A stretch of DNA of 64,000 bases from Bacillota bacterium (GTDB lineage: Bacteria; Bacillota_I; Bacilli_A; RF39; UBA660), in assembly GCA_023391185.1 (NCBI GenBank), contig JAEWBI010000020.1, positions 5,592 through 69,591 on the forward strand, given 5' to 3'. This document shows, one piece after another, positions 32,487 to 41,737 of the stretch (the stretch's first letter is position 1; every line of letters starts with the position of its first letter). Below the pieces are notes generated by a model. The model did no database searches. It saw nothing but the letters and a program-made list of their open reading frames with translations, and was not told the DNA's origin. A program made the translations under genes and the position numbers.

Positions 32487-33091
32487 ATTTTCTCACTTTC
32501 TATACCTTTTCTTATTATATTAATTTGTCTAATATAATGTTCTTTTATTCTATTTTTTTGCTCAGGATGTCTGAATGTATGCGCGACATTATGGAAAAAT
32601 AATGGCATTAGTATACTAATTAGTACATATATATCATCTTCATTTATATTTAGTGTGTCTTTATTAATATTTTCAATAATTAGCTCATCATTTTTTTTCT
32701 TACAATCTTTTCTTGGTAAAGAATGCTCTAACCTTTTAGAATTCATGTTTAAAAAGAAATTATTCATTAAGAGGCTAATTTCAGAATCACTTATATCTGT
32801 AACAATATCATAAATTTTTATATATGAATCAAAAATATTTCCATTACTTTCTTTTAAAATATCAACAAATTTTTTAATTAAATTATCTTTATAAAAGGCA
32901 AATATATAATTATATATATCTTCCTTATTTTCAAAATATAGATAGAAACTACCTCGTGGCATATTTATATCTTTGATGATCTGGTTAATTGAAGCATCTT
33001 CAAAAAGATTCTTTGAAAACTCTTTTTTCGCAGCTTCTATTAATTTTATTTTTTTATCTTCTGATAATTTAAAAAATGCATTTGTTGGCAT
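32480..33091 (-). CDS. TetR/AcrR-family transcriptional regulator.
   Basis: A 203-aa protein with an N-terminal HTH (LFEDASINQIIKDINMPRGSFYLYF). Its stop overlaps the start of the ABC operon. Confidence 0.7.
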   Translation of the reverse strand: MPTNAFFKLSEDKKIKLIEAAKKEFSKNLFEDASINQIIKDINMPRGSFYLYFENKEDIYNYIFAFYKDNLIKKFVDILKESNGNIFDSYIKIYDIVTDISDSEISLLMNNFFLNMNSKRLEHSLPRKDCKKKNDELIIENINKDTLNINEDDIYVLISILMPLFFHNVAHTFRHPEQKNRIKEHYIRQINIIRKGIESEKIC

Positions 33092-33412
33092 AGCACCATC
33101 TCCTCAATAGCAACCATTTCATTATAACATTGACAACATGTCAGGTCAATATAAAAATTTATAAATAATACATTATCAAAATGAATAGCAATTAATTAAG
33201 TAAGCTTTGATTAAATATTTCTTTTTTATAAAACTTTATCAGTGAAACATGTATTTATATTATATCTCAAATAAATATAATATTTCGGGTTAATTTTTAA
33301 GTGTACAGTCAAAACATATTATATTTAAAAAATATGTCTAAAACGTACTAAAACGCACAATTTATGTAAATTTTTTTCCTTATTTTACACAAAATTTTAC
33401 GCTGTATTTACA

Positions 33413-33439
33413 CATTTACAAGAAAAAATAATTGTAAAT
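33413..33439. promoter_or_regulatory. Perfect 8-bp inverted repeat ATTTACAA-N10-TTGTAAAT, about 50 bp upstream of the plus-strand gene at 33490. Candidate operator.
   Basis: Seen directly in the 400-bp divergent intergenic region between the TetR/ABC operon and the first gene of the SipW/TasA-like locus. Confidence 0.3.
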
Positions 33440-33489
33440 ACCAAGAAGAAAAGATATAATTATATTATAAAAGAAAGGGGCCTGCAATT

Positions 33490-34122
33490 ATGAACATAGT
33501 TAAAAAATTAAGATTTGTTATTGTTTTAATTTCATTTTCTATATGTCTTTGTTTCATGAGTACTACTTATTCAAAGTATGTAGCAGGTACAACAAGTGAT
33601 ATAGAAGTACTATTTGCTAAGTGGCAGATACTTGTTAACGATGTAGATATAACTAGTAACACTAGCTCAACTGTTTCTTTTATTCCAACTATTGAGGCAA
33701 ACGAGTATGTAGCTTCAAATAAGCTTGCTCCAACTTCAAAAGGTTACTTTGATATTAATATTGATCCAACAAATGTTGATGTATCATTTAAATATACAAT
33801 AAATTTAAATGTTCTAAATGAAAATATTCCAGATTTAATGATTACAAAATATGCTATACTACCTGAAAATTTTATTGAAGGTGATCCTCTTGATTTAATC
33901 ACCCTTAATGGTTCAACAATAACAAATACTTTTAACTATGATAAAGGAATTGAAAATTTTAGTTTTAAAGCATTTACTATTAGAGTTTTCTTTGAATGGT
34001 ATGAAGGTACTGAAGAAAGTATGAATAATGAACAAGATACTAATATCGGTGAAACTGCTGTTACTGAGGACACAAAGTTCCAAATGAGTGCAAACATTGC
34101 ATTTGAGCAAATATTTAACTAA
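33490..34122 (+). CDS. Small secreted protein with a SipW-cognate-like signal, TasA-family-like.
   Basis: A 210-aa protein. The N-terminal TM is followed by TTYSKYVAGTTSD, to be compared with the TasA/CalY motif GGGT-x-A-x-F-x-D. The downstream segment LAPTSKGYFDINIDPTNVDVSFKYTINL resembles the TasA stretch LKPGD...F.F.N.G. Confidence 0.5.
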   Translation: MNIVKKLRFVIVLISFSICLCFMSTTYSKYVAGTTSDIEVLFAKWQILVNDVDITSNTSSTVSFIPTIEANEYVASNKLAPTSKGYFDINIDPTNVDVSFKYTINLNVLNENIPDLMITKYAILPENFIEGDPLDLITLNGSTITNTFNYDKGIENFSFKAFTIRVFFEWYEGTEESMNNEQDTNIGETAVTEDTKFQMSANIAFEQIFN

Positions 34123-34152
34123 GAATAACATGTACATGATACATTTCCTAAA

Positions 34153-34205
34153 AAGAGAACTTAAGTTCTCTTTTTATGTGCATGAAAAAAGACATTAATT
34201 AATGT
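34153..34205. terminator. Two adjacent hairpins between convergent genes: aaaagagaacTTAAgttctctttt and aagacattaATTAAtgtctt.
   Basis: Perfect inverted repeats with flanking A/T runs, sitting between the stops of gene 33490-34122 (+) and gene 34213-35445 (-). Confidence 0.6.
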
Positions 34206-34212
34206 CTTTAGT

Positions 34213-35445
34213 TTATTCTAAATTAACTTTTGAAGCAATAATAACTGGAACTACATTACATACAGTTTCTTTTGCTTCTCCATAAACTTTAGATATAATA
34301 TCATCAATTTTTTTTGCTGCATAACCTGAAGAAACATTATACTCAGAATTTGTCCAATAACAATTAGCAGTTGATAAGTAACTAAATTTATCATTATGAT
34401 AACCATAGTATCCATTATAAGTTGCTGTCTTAGTAAGTTCTGATGTCATTCGATTAGCATATTTCAAATTACCTGCTACGACATTGGAGATGCCGCTTCT
34501 TACTAAATTGGTATCCATAATATCTGTCGATATAACTCCCATAATATCACCTGCAGTTAATTCCCTTGTTGGTACCGTCCAACCATTAGTAACACTTGCT
34601 AATAACGAAGAATAGTCATTAAATGATCCTGTAGCATATGTATTTTTAGGATTAGGTAATAGAGTTACTGTATCGTCACCTAATGTATTATTTTTATCTA
34701 ATACATAAGTTGCTATACAATTATCACCTATTTCTGAACATTTTTTATTATTAACTACATCATATAAAACTGTATCTCCTAAATTATAACGCGTATCACT
34801 TGAACTGTATCCACCAGCGTATTGTTCTGCCATGATTTTTATTACAATTTGAATTGATGACTTAATTTGATAGTTAGGGTCATTTTGCTTAAGTTCTAAC
34901 TCACTTTTGTCAAACTGATATGCTTTAGTTCCCCATAAACTATCAAAAGCATCATCACCTGAATCAAGTGGCCAAGATATTGAAACTTCAAAATAACTCT
35001 CTCCACCTTTAGATAATATATAGTTCTTACTTAAATTCATATTAATGTGAAATGGATAATTATGCGATAAAACATCACCAATATAATCTGAATCAATAGT
35101 GCCTTCATTTACCACAAAATTATTTTCTGCATCACCAAGTAATCTTGCTGACTCGATTGAGTAATTAAGTTCAGCATCAGAATCGCCCAAATTCTTGATA
35201 TTAATCATTTCGTGAGATGTTTCCATACCTGGATATATATCTGAAAGTGATATAACAACCTCATTTGAAACAGGTTGACCATCTTTATTTAATTCAATAT
35301 ACCATGCTTTAACACCTATTTCTGCAGACACATCAGCTAAACCACTATATGCAAACCAGGCAAGTGTTACAGATATAAATGAAACTACAATAAAAACTAA
35401 AGACATTAAGTTTAGTTTTAAATAAAGTTTGTGCTTTTCTTCCAT
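34213..35445 (-). CDS. TasA/camelysin (CalY, peptidase M73)-like secreted protein with a SipW-cognate-like signal.
   Basis: A 410-aa protein. Signal-anchor, then TLAWFAYSGLADVSAEIGVKAW...VISLSDIYPGMETSHEMINIKNLGDSDAEL. This parallels the TasA stretch AFNDIKS...ASVNLSNLKPGDKLTKDFQFENNGS. Confidence 0.55.
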   Translation of the reverse strand: MEEKHKLYLKLNLMSLVFIVVSFISVTLAWFAYSGLADVSAEIGVKAWYIELNKDGQPVSNEVVISLSDIYPGMETSHEMINIKNLGDSDAELNYSIESARLLGDAENNFVVNEGTIDSDYIGDVLSHNYPFHINMNLSKNYILSKGGESYFEVSISWPLDSGDDAFDSLWGTKAYQFDKSELELKQNDPNYQIKSSIQIVIKIMAEQYAGGYSSSDTRYNLGDTVLYDVVNNKKCSEIGDNCIATYVLDKNNTLGDDTVTLLPNPKNTYATGSFNDYSSLLASVTNGWTVPTRELTAGDIMGVISTDIMDTNLVRSGISNVVAGNLKYANRMTSELTKTATYNGYYGYHNDKFSYLSTANCYWTNSEYNVSSGYAAKKIDDIISKVYGEAKETVCNVVPVIIASKVNLE

Positions 35446-35472
35446 TTATATCACCTCAACTAATTTAATATT

Positions 35473-36054
35473 TTAACTTTTTGAATTTGATCTTCTTTTT
35501 TCTTCTTTTGCTAGTAAAACAGAGATAAATTCATTACCAATAACAAATATTAACGGTAGGATTATAAATAAATAAAATCCTATCTTTGTACCAACAATTT
35601 TATATATTAATGAAAGCGTTACAACTCTGTATTTTACAACTCCATATAACTGGCTTTCATAAACTATAGGATCTTCAACTATATTAGTTAATCCTTTAGA
35701 ATGGAAAATATAATCTCCATTTTCATCCTTATTAATCTCTACAACTTCATGTGTAATAATCTTGTCTTTAAAACTTCCACTCTTGCCTAAATAACTAATA
35801 GTATCCCCAACTTTAATCTCAGATGGTTCAACTTCCTTTGAAACTAGAACGTCTCCTATTTTGTATCTAGGTTCCATACTTCCTGAAATTACTGTAAACA
35901 TTCTATAATTGAAGAATGATAACTTATTATCACTAAAACGTTGTAAAAATACAACAAGTATAAATGCGATTACTAAAAATATTACAATTGCATTTAATAT
36001 TTTACTAATAATATTTATTATCTTATTTTCTTTTAATTGCTTAATTAAATTCAT
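35473..36054 (-). CDS. sipW: SipW-type (ER/archaeal-type) signal peptidase I.
   Basis: A 193-aa protein with an N-terminal TM, catalytic box VISGSMEPRY, HEVV, and a C-terminal TM (IGFYLFIILPLIFVIG). This is the architecture of SipW rather than the P-type SipS/T. Confidence 0.8.
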   Translation of the reverse strand: MNLIKQLKENKIINIISKILNAIVIFLVIAFILVVFLQRFSDNKLSFFNYRMFTVISGSMEPRYKIGDVLVSKEVEPSEIKVGDTISYLGKSGSFKDKIITHEVVEINKDENGDYIFHSKGLTNIVEDPIVYESQLYGVVKYRVVTLSLIYKIVGTKIGFYLFIILPLIFVIGNEFISVLLAKEEKRRSNSKS

Positions 36055-36063
36055 TTTTTTTAC

Positions 36064-37200
36064 CTACAAATAATCTTGTGTCCTTTCTAAATATTCATCT
36101 ATCGCGCTTTTAAATTTATCTTTAATATCTGCGCTACCTACTAAGACCTTATTTTTTTCGTCTTTTATTTCAGCTGTAACCATGCTAAGTATTTGTTCCT
36201 CTGTAATTTTAATTCCACTGTTTAACATAAGCATGACTACTCTTTGCAATTGCTGCTTTATCATAATAGCAGCATATTTTTTCAATTGTTCTTTTTCTTT
36301 TCTTTTAGATGCATAAATAGAATCCAGAACAAAATAATCCATCAAAAATGAATCATCCAAAATACCTTTTAATACATCATTACCTGTACTATCTGAACTA
36401 TCGCTAGAATCAGATAAATTCTCATCATAAGTCTGTAAAAATGTCCATAATTTTGTTGCTACTTGAAAATTAGGATTCTTTAAAATTAGGTTTGTCTTTT
36501 TAATTGGTGGAATTACAAATGGGACATGAAGTTTATTTAAAGCTTTTATCATTTCACTTCGTTGCCACCCAGTAAGATAATCCTTAACTCTTTTAAGTCT
36601 TTCCTTAATTTTTTGTATTTCTTTTTTAAACTCTGATATATTTTGACCTTCAGGTAATTCTTCTAGTGAAACTTTAAATTCAATACTTACTTTTTCTCTA
36701 GAAGTTTTTGTTGAACCTGCATATTCTAAAGTTTTGGTGCTTTTTGCTTCAATGTCATCAAGCATAGCCTGTTTTTTTAAAACAAAGCGGTTCATAGTAT
36801 CTATTAATGTATAAAGAAACCTATTCTCATAAGTATTATAGGTTTCTTCAGGAAATGTTATAAATAGTTTAGATGGTTCAACATCTTCAGTCTGTTCATT
36901 AATTTTATCAATAAAATGTGTATGTCTAGTTAAGTGTTTTACACTATCTACACTAGTTTTTTTTGCTTTTTCTATTTTTACTATAGCAGACTCAGTATAT
37001 AGTGCCACTTTAGCTCTAACAACAATATTTTCAAGATATGGACAAGCATATTCAAGTTCTTCTAGCCAATTTAAAGACATTAGTTCACTTTCAAAATCTG
37101 ATTTGAAATACATTTCTGATTTCAGATTTTTTTTAAATTGTTCACTTTTTTTATTTAACTCTGCATCTACTTTAATTCTTGATTGCCTTGCCATATACAT
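36064..37200 (-). CDS. Hypothetical cytoplasmic protein, encoded directly downstream of the McrB-like AAA+ gene (the McrC-position partner).
   Basis: A 378-aa protein with no TM. It is K/E-rich with an SDSSDSSDS run. Only 10 nt separate it from the upstream gene. No convincing PD-(D/E)xK motif was seen by eye. Confidence 0.4.
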   Translation of the reverse strand: MYMARQSRIKVDAELNKKSEQFKKNLKSEMYFKSDFESELMSLNWLEELEYACPYLENIVVRAKVALYTESAIVKIEKAKKTSVDSVKHLTRHTHFIDKINEQTEDVEPSKLFITFPEETYNTYENRFLYTLIDTMNRFVLKKQAMLDDIEAKSTKTLEYAGSTKTSREKVSIEFKVSLEELPEGQNISEFKKEIQKIKERLKRVKDYLTGWQRSEMIKALNKLHVPFVIPPIKKTNLILKNPNFQVATKLWTFLQTYDENLSDSSDSSDSTGNDVLKGILDDSFLMDYFVLDSIYASKRKEKEQLKKYAAIMIKQQLQRVVMLMLNSGIKITEEQILSMVTAEIKDEKNKVLVGSADIKDKFKSAIDEYLERTQDYL

Positions 37201-37210
37201 TCACCACTCT

Positions 37211-38752
37211 CTAAAATGACTTCTTAAGTCTTTCTAAATATTGAATACATTCAGACATTGATTCATCTCCAAATGTCTTATGCAAATACTTTATAAAAGG
37301 ATCAATTTCATCACGTATTAATGAAATATTTAACTGATCAAATTTACGAAATATCTTCTTTGAAATAAAATAATCAATACCATCAACTTCTTTACCACCA
37401 CATGAAACATAAACTGGTACAAAGGCATTTAATTGTTTCATAATACGATTACCGAACGCTACGCGGAAATGATTGATAACATAAAGTTCCATATCTTGTA
37501 TTTTTTCAATTGATTTTGCGCTAACTGGTTTGTCTTCTTGAGCCTTTTTAAATAGTGATTCAAGATAACTTGAATTGATACTCATAGCTTCTTGTTCTCT
37601 ACTCTTAAATGGATCACAACGAGTATTGATATCAATTGGCATTGCACGGTCATAAACTTTATCTGTAACCATAAAAGTTGAATCATCATTATTGATTGTT
37701 CCAATATACCACAAATTGCCAGGTAATTTAAGTTTACCATCTACAATTCTTTCAGGATCATCTGCCCAACCACTTGATACAACAGGAATAATCCACTCTT
37801 CTCTAGAAGGCATTTCAAGAATTGAAAGCATCTCAGCGAAATAATATTCAACACGCGCGATATTCATTTCATCTAGAATAATTGTATGAATATCATCATC
37901 TAGACTAGCAACATAAAGTTCTACCAAAACTTTTGTTTCATTAAACTTTTTAGTGAACTCATTGAAGTACCCTATTAATTCTGTTTTATCTCTCCAAGAA
38001 GGTTCTACTGAAGCAACGCAAGAATCTTTATTTATAAATTTTCCCCATGCATATGCAAGTGAAGTCTTACCTGTTCCAGAAATACCTTGTAAAATTATTA
38101 ACTTACCAGAAGCTAATCCAGCAATAAATGCTCTTAAAAGTCCTGGTTCATAGTATAAGTGCAATTGTGTTGCCGAAAAGCAACGAAAGTTATCAACTAA
38201 TTCTTCCAGAGTAAGATTGTTATTGTAATTTTTAGGTTTAAATCCTTTGAATCTCCTATCAATACTACATAACATAGGGAATCTAGAATTAATACCTGCT
38301 AATTCATCTGCATCTAAATCTTCTTCCTCTGATAAGTTATCGCTCTCTTCTTTTTCTTTATCATCTGGTTTTAATCCTAGTTGCGAAACTTTCATAGCCA
38401 TAATTTCATCTTTTTCTTTCATAAGTTTCGCAACTTGATCATTTAAATCTGATATTTCATTTAATAAATCTTCTTGATTCATTCTCTTTTTACCTAGTTT
38501 AAAGAAACGCATTAATCGTGTAACTATTAAAAAGATTACTAAACCTACAATTATAACAAGGACTGCAACTAATATCCATAACAATATCCATTCGCCCTCT
38601 TGAAAACTTCCCTTATAACTATTTACTATCTTTAAGTATGATTTAATACTAAACATTTGGGCTAATCCTTCACCTATAGCCTTTATAATGAATAATAAAC
38701 CATCGAAAAATATTGAAATAAATTCATAGAAAAATCTTAAAAACGTATTCAT
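37211..38752 (-). CDS. Membrane-anchored McrB-family AAA+ (GTPase-type) protein.
   Basis: A 513-aa protein with an N-terminal ~80 aa carrying two TM helices, then a coiled coil. Walker A is ILQGISGTGKTS and Walker B is IILDEMNIARVEYYFAEMLSILE. The McrB-signature-like segment is YIGTINNDDSTFMVTDKVYDRA (cf. McrB GTMNTADRS...D.A.RRRF). The ATGA overlaps the upstream SipW-fusion gene. Confidence 0.65.
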   Translation of the reverse strand: MNTFLRFFYEFISIFFDGLLFIIKAIGEGLAQMFSIKSYLKIVNSYKGSFQEGEWILLWILVAVLVIIVGLVIFLIVTRLMRFFKLGKKRMNQEDLLNEISDLNDQVAKLMKEKDEIMAMKVSQLGLKPDDKEKEESDNLSEEEDLDADELAGINSRFPMLCSIDRRFKGFKPKNYNNNLTLEELVDNFRCFSATQLHLYYEPGLLRAFIAGLASGKLIILQGISGTGKTSLAYAWGKFINKDSCVASVEPSWRDKTELIGYFNEFTKKFNETKVLVELYVASLDDDIHTIILDEMNIARVEYYFAEMLSILEMPSREEWIIPVVSSGWADDPERIVDGKLKLPGNLWYIGTINNDDSTFMVTDKVYDRAMPIDINTRCDPFKSREQEAMSINSSYLESLFKKAQEDKPVSAKSIEKIQDMELYVINHFRVAFGNRIMKQLNAFVPVYVSCGGKEVDGIDYFISKKIFRKFDQLNISLIRDEIDPFIKYLHKTFGDESMSECIQYLERLKKSF

Positions 38753-41001
38753 ACTTCCTCACTCCCAAAATCCCCAACTTTATTAGATATATCTTCATAA
38801 ATTACTTTTTCTTTAAGATCATCTGGTATTAGTGAAACAATTTCCGCCAAATTCTCTAATTTTTTATTAACAAAGATATAATCTGCTATATATATATTGC
38901 CACGGTCTTTTTCTTTAATATTGCTGTCTTTACTAAAAACTAAAGCAAACTTATATCCACTTTTTTTGATTTTTTTAATAAAAACCTTATGTTTCAATAG
39001 TTCTTGAAATGTTACTAAGATAGCTGTATTCTCTTTAGAATATTTATCTTCAATCATCTTTAGTAGTTTTTCAAATTTCTTTTCTTTATCATACAAAGTC
39101 TCTGGAATATGGAAAACATACTTTTTACCAAAATCAAATGTTGTCATATCATTAATTAGTTGAATTAATAATAAAGTCACTAATACAGATATTTTATCCT
39201 CAGCCACAATTCCTTGTTCATATGTTTTATCTATAACATATGAACTATATACTTTACTAAAAGAAATATTATGTTCTAATTTCAATCCATATATTTTATT
39301 TTTAGTTGCTATTTTTTCAATATTTAGATTAAATAAATTTGTCTCTAATTTTTCAATAAAACTTTTTAATAATTCAGCATATTTTTTTTGTATAATAATT
39401 ATTTGTTTAATTAATGTATCAATCTTGTATTCATCTAATTCCTTTGAATATCTAGTCAATAGTTTTTTATAAAAATCACGTCTTGGACCTATTTCTTCAA
39501 TTGAATCTTTGGCCTTTTCAATATTAGCTATCAACATAAATACTTGTGCGTATTCATTAACTATTGCTTCATACTTGCGATTAGAACCAGTATATTTCTT
39601 AACCAAACCAGTTGATACATTGTTAATTGTCTTTTCCAGTCTTAACATTAGACTTTTCTTACTTGTTTCACTACTATCTTCTTCATAGTAATTATAATAC
39701 TTAGCATCAATATAATTAATTGTGAAAGTATTCTTAATGTTATTTCTAATTCCTGTTTCACTAACTTTTACTTTATCACTATTTATTAAAACCTTTACTA
39801 AACGATTAATCTCTTCTTTTTTTATTAACATAGCAGTATCAATTATATTTTGATTTCCTTTTCTGTCTTTCAAAAAGTTTAGATTTATTTTAGTTAAGCT
39901 TGAATCTTCTAAAATAATTTCATCGTCTTCTTCTACATCTTTATTAATAACAGGAGTATTAGTTGAATCTGATTGTTTACTATTTTTCATATTATTTGCT
40001 ATTTCTAATAGTGCAGAGCTATCTAATTCAGATATATCTACAGAAATATTTCTATATAATAAAGTTTTATCTAAATTATCCTCATCTTCAACTATATTAG
40101 TTTTTTCAATTAATTCCTCTTTTTCAACTTTATATTTTTCATCAACTTCATCATTTACTGAAATTACTCTAAAGAATGAGGTTTTACCAAGTTCATTTTC
40201 TAAATCAGCTTCAGATATTTCATCATTTTTTTGACTCGAAATTTCTTTAACCTTTTCTTCTTTTATTTCAACCGGTATATCTTCTAACCTATTTGAAACA
40301 TTAGGAACTTCAACAATTTTTCTCTCAACTTTTACTTGTTTAGTTTGTTCTTTTGAAGCTTCTATTTTTTTTCTAGGATAAACAGACTTAATAAATTTTA
40401 AAACAACTGGTATTATTCTCTTTTCAAGTACTTCTGAAATTTCATTAACTAGCATTGTTTTAGGTTTGTTACTATTTTTCTTATCGTCTTCTTTATTTTT
40501 CTTAACAACTATACTAAATAAAACTAATGTAATTATTAGAGTTATTAATACTGCTGGGTTAAATATTGTCTTTCTTAAAATTCCAAAACCAGCTAATTTT
40601 GCAACTTTCTTTCCTACTATTTGACTTTGATCTATTGGATCATCTTTTGTATTATTAGCATCACCTTTTGTTACATAAGTTCCATTATAAACCTCTATAA
40701 TACGGTGTGTTACATACTCTCCATCAATTTCATATGTTACAATATCATTTAATTTAACGTCTTGTGTTATTTTGGTAATAATCCAATCACCAGCACTTAT
40801 TTCTTTTTCCATACTGCCTGTTTGAACTTCAAATATTGAATATCCAAAAAAGTCAGTATAATTTTTATTCATTATTTTAGTTTGTATGCCTGTATATATT
40901 GTTACTAATAAAATAATTCCAAATATACCTATTAATATATTCAATAAAAAATTTATTATTTTTTCAATTATATTTATTTTTTTGGAATCGATATTTACCA
41001 C
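38749..41001 (-). CDS. SipW-type signal peptidase I domain fused to a ~550-aa C-terminal (predicted cytoplasmic) K/E-rich domain.
   Basis: A 750-aa protein. It has an N-terminal TM, catalytic boxes FEVQTGSMEKEI, VTHRIIEV and TKGDANNTKDDP (boxes B, D and E of S26 peptidases), a second TM (VLITLIITLVLFSIVV), and then a long hydrophilic extension. Confidence 0.65.
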   Translation of the reverse strand: MVNIDSKKINIIEKIINFLLNILIGIFGIILLVTIYTGIQTKIMNKNYTDFFGYSIFEVQTGSMEKEISAGDWIITKITQDVKLNDIVTYEIDGEYVTHRIIEVYNGTYVTKGDANNTKDDPIDQSQIVGKKVAKLAGFGILRKTIFNPAVLITLIITLVLFSIVVKKNKEDDKKNSNKPKTMLVNEISEVLEKRIIPVVLKFIKSVYPRKKIEASKEQTKQVKVERKIVEVPNVSNRLEDIPVEIKEEKVKEISSQKNDEISEADLENELGKTSFFRVISVNDEVDEKYKVEKEELIEKTNIVEDEDNLDKTLLYRNISVDISELDSSALLEIANNMKNSKQSDSTNTPVINKDVEEDDEIILEDSSLTKINLNFLKDRKGNQNIIDTAMLIKKEEINRLVKVLINSDKVKVSETGIRNNIKNTFTINYIDAKYYNYYEEDSSETSKKSLMLRLEKTINNVSTGLVKKYTGSNRKYEAIVNEYAQVFMLIANIEKAKDSIEEIGPRRDFYKKLLTRYSKELDEYKIDTLIKQIIIIQKKYAELLKSFIEKLETNLFNLNIEKIATKNKIYGLKLEHNISFSKVYSSYVIDKTYEQGIVAEDKISVLVTLLLIQLINDMTTFDFGKKYVFHIPETLYDKEKKFEKLLKMIEDKYSKENTAILVTFQELLKHKVFIKKIKKSGYKFALVFSKDSNIKEKDRGNIYIADYIFVNKKLENLAEIVSLIPDDLKEKVIYEDISNKVGDFGSEEV

Positions 41002-41135
41002 AACTAAACGCCCACTTTCCTATTTTCATTGTCTATATAATTTTACCATAAATCGACATTCTTTACAACAATATCAAAATTATTTTAACAAAAAAATACA
41101 TGATTAAGTTCATGTATTTTTTATATTATATTTTA

Positions 41136-41714
41136 CTATACTGATTGTTCTTCTTTACCATATTTTAGTTCTATAATTAATGCATAGAATTCATATATAA
41201 ATATTAAGAAACTTGGTACAAGAACAATAAATAAAAATCCCCATTTTGATTCAATTATTGATAAAAAACCACCAATTTTTTCATATACTTTGCTAGATTT
41301 ACCTATAACAAAATCCATTGAATAAGCTGCTCCGTTTTCAAAAGAAATCGCGTCATCATCAGGATGTGTCTGACCGACTTTTCCTAAATCAATACTAACT
41401 GAACCATCAGAAGCAATTTTATATGCAAATATTTCATCACCTACTGCAATTTTGTCTATCTTTTTAGCTTCTACAAAAACTAAATCACCTTTTTTATAAT
41501 TTTCAGAAGATAAGTCTCCTTTTATTAAGATTAAAGATGTGTCCCCAAATTGCGTAACACCATATTTATTAAAATTTAATAATAGTAATGTAACTGCTAT
41601 TACAAATGCAAAAAATATGACTCCAAGTATTCCTACTAATATTTTCTTTATAGCTTGTATTACCTTCATTTTATCACCTACTACAATAATAACATAATTC
41701 GACATAGTTATCAA
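41136..41714 (-). CDS. SipW-like pseudo-peptidase (SipW topology but lacking the catalytic SGSM/H motifs).
   Basis: A 192-aa protein with N- and C-terminal TM segments and the spacing KGDLVFV...VGDEIFAY like SipW. The Ser box is replaced by LILIKGDLSS. Confidence 0.45.
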   Translation of the reverse strand: MITMSNYVIIVVGDKMKVIQAIKKILVGILGVIFFAFVIAVTLLLLNFNKYGVTQFGDTSLILIKGDLSSENYKKGDLVFVEAKKIDKIAVGDEIFAYKIASDGSVSIDLGKVGQTHPDDDAISFENGAAYSMDFVIGKSSKVYEKIGGFLSIIESKWGFLFIVLVPSFLIFIYEFYALIIELKYGKEEQSV

Positions 41715-41737
41715 TATTTATGCCTAATTATTTTTAA

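Noticed and set aside
36064-37200. Calling the 378-aa partner of the McrB-like ATPase an McrC nuclease.
   Set aside because: No convincing PD-(D/E)xK or other nuclease motif could be found by eye. Only gene order supports it, so it is left as hypothetical.
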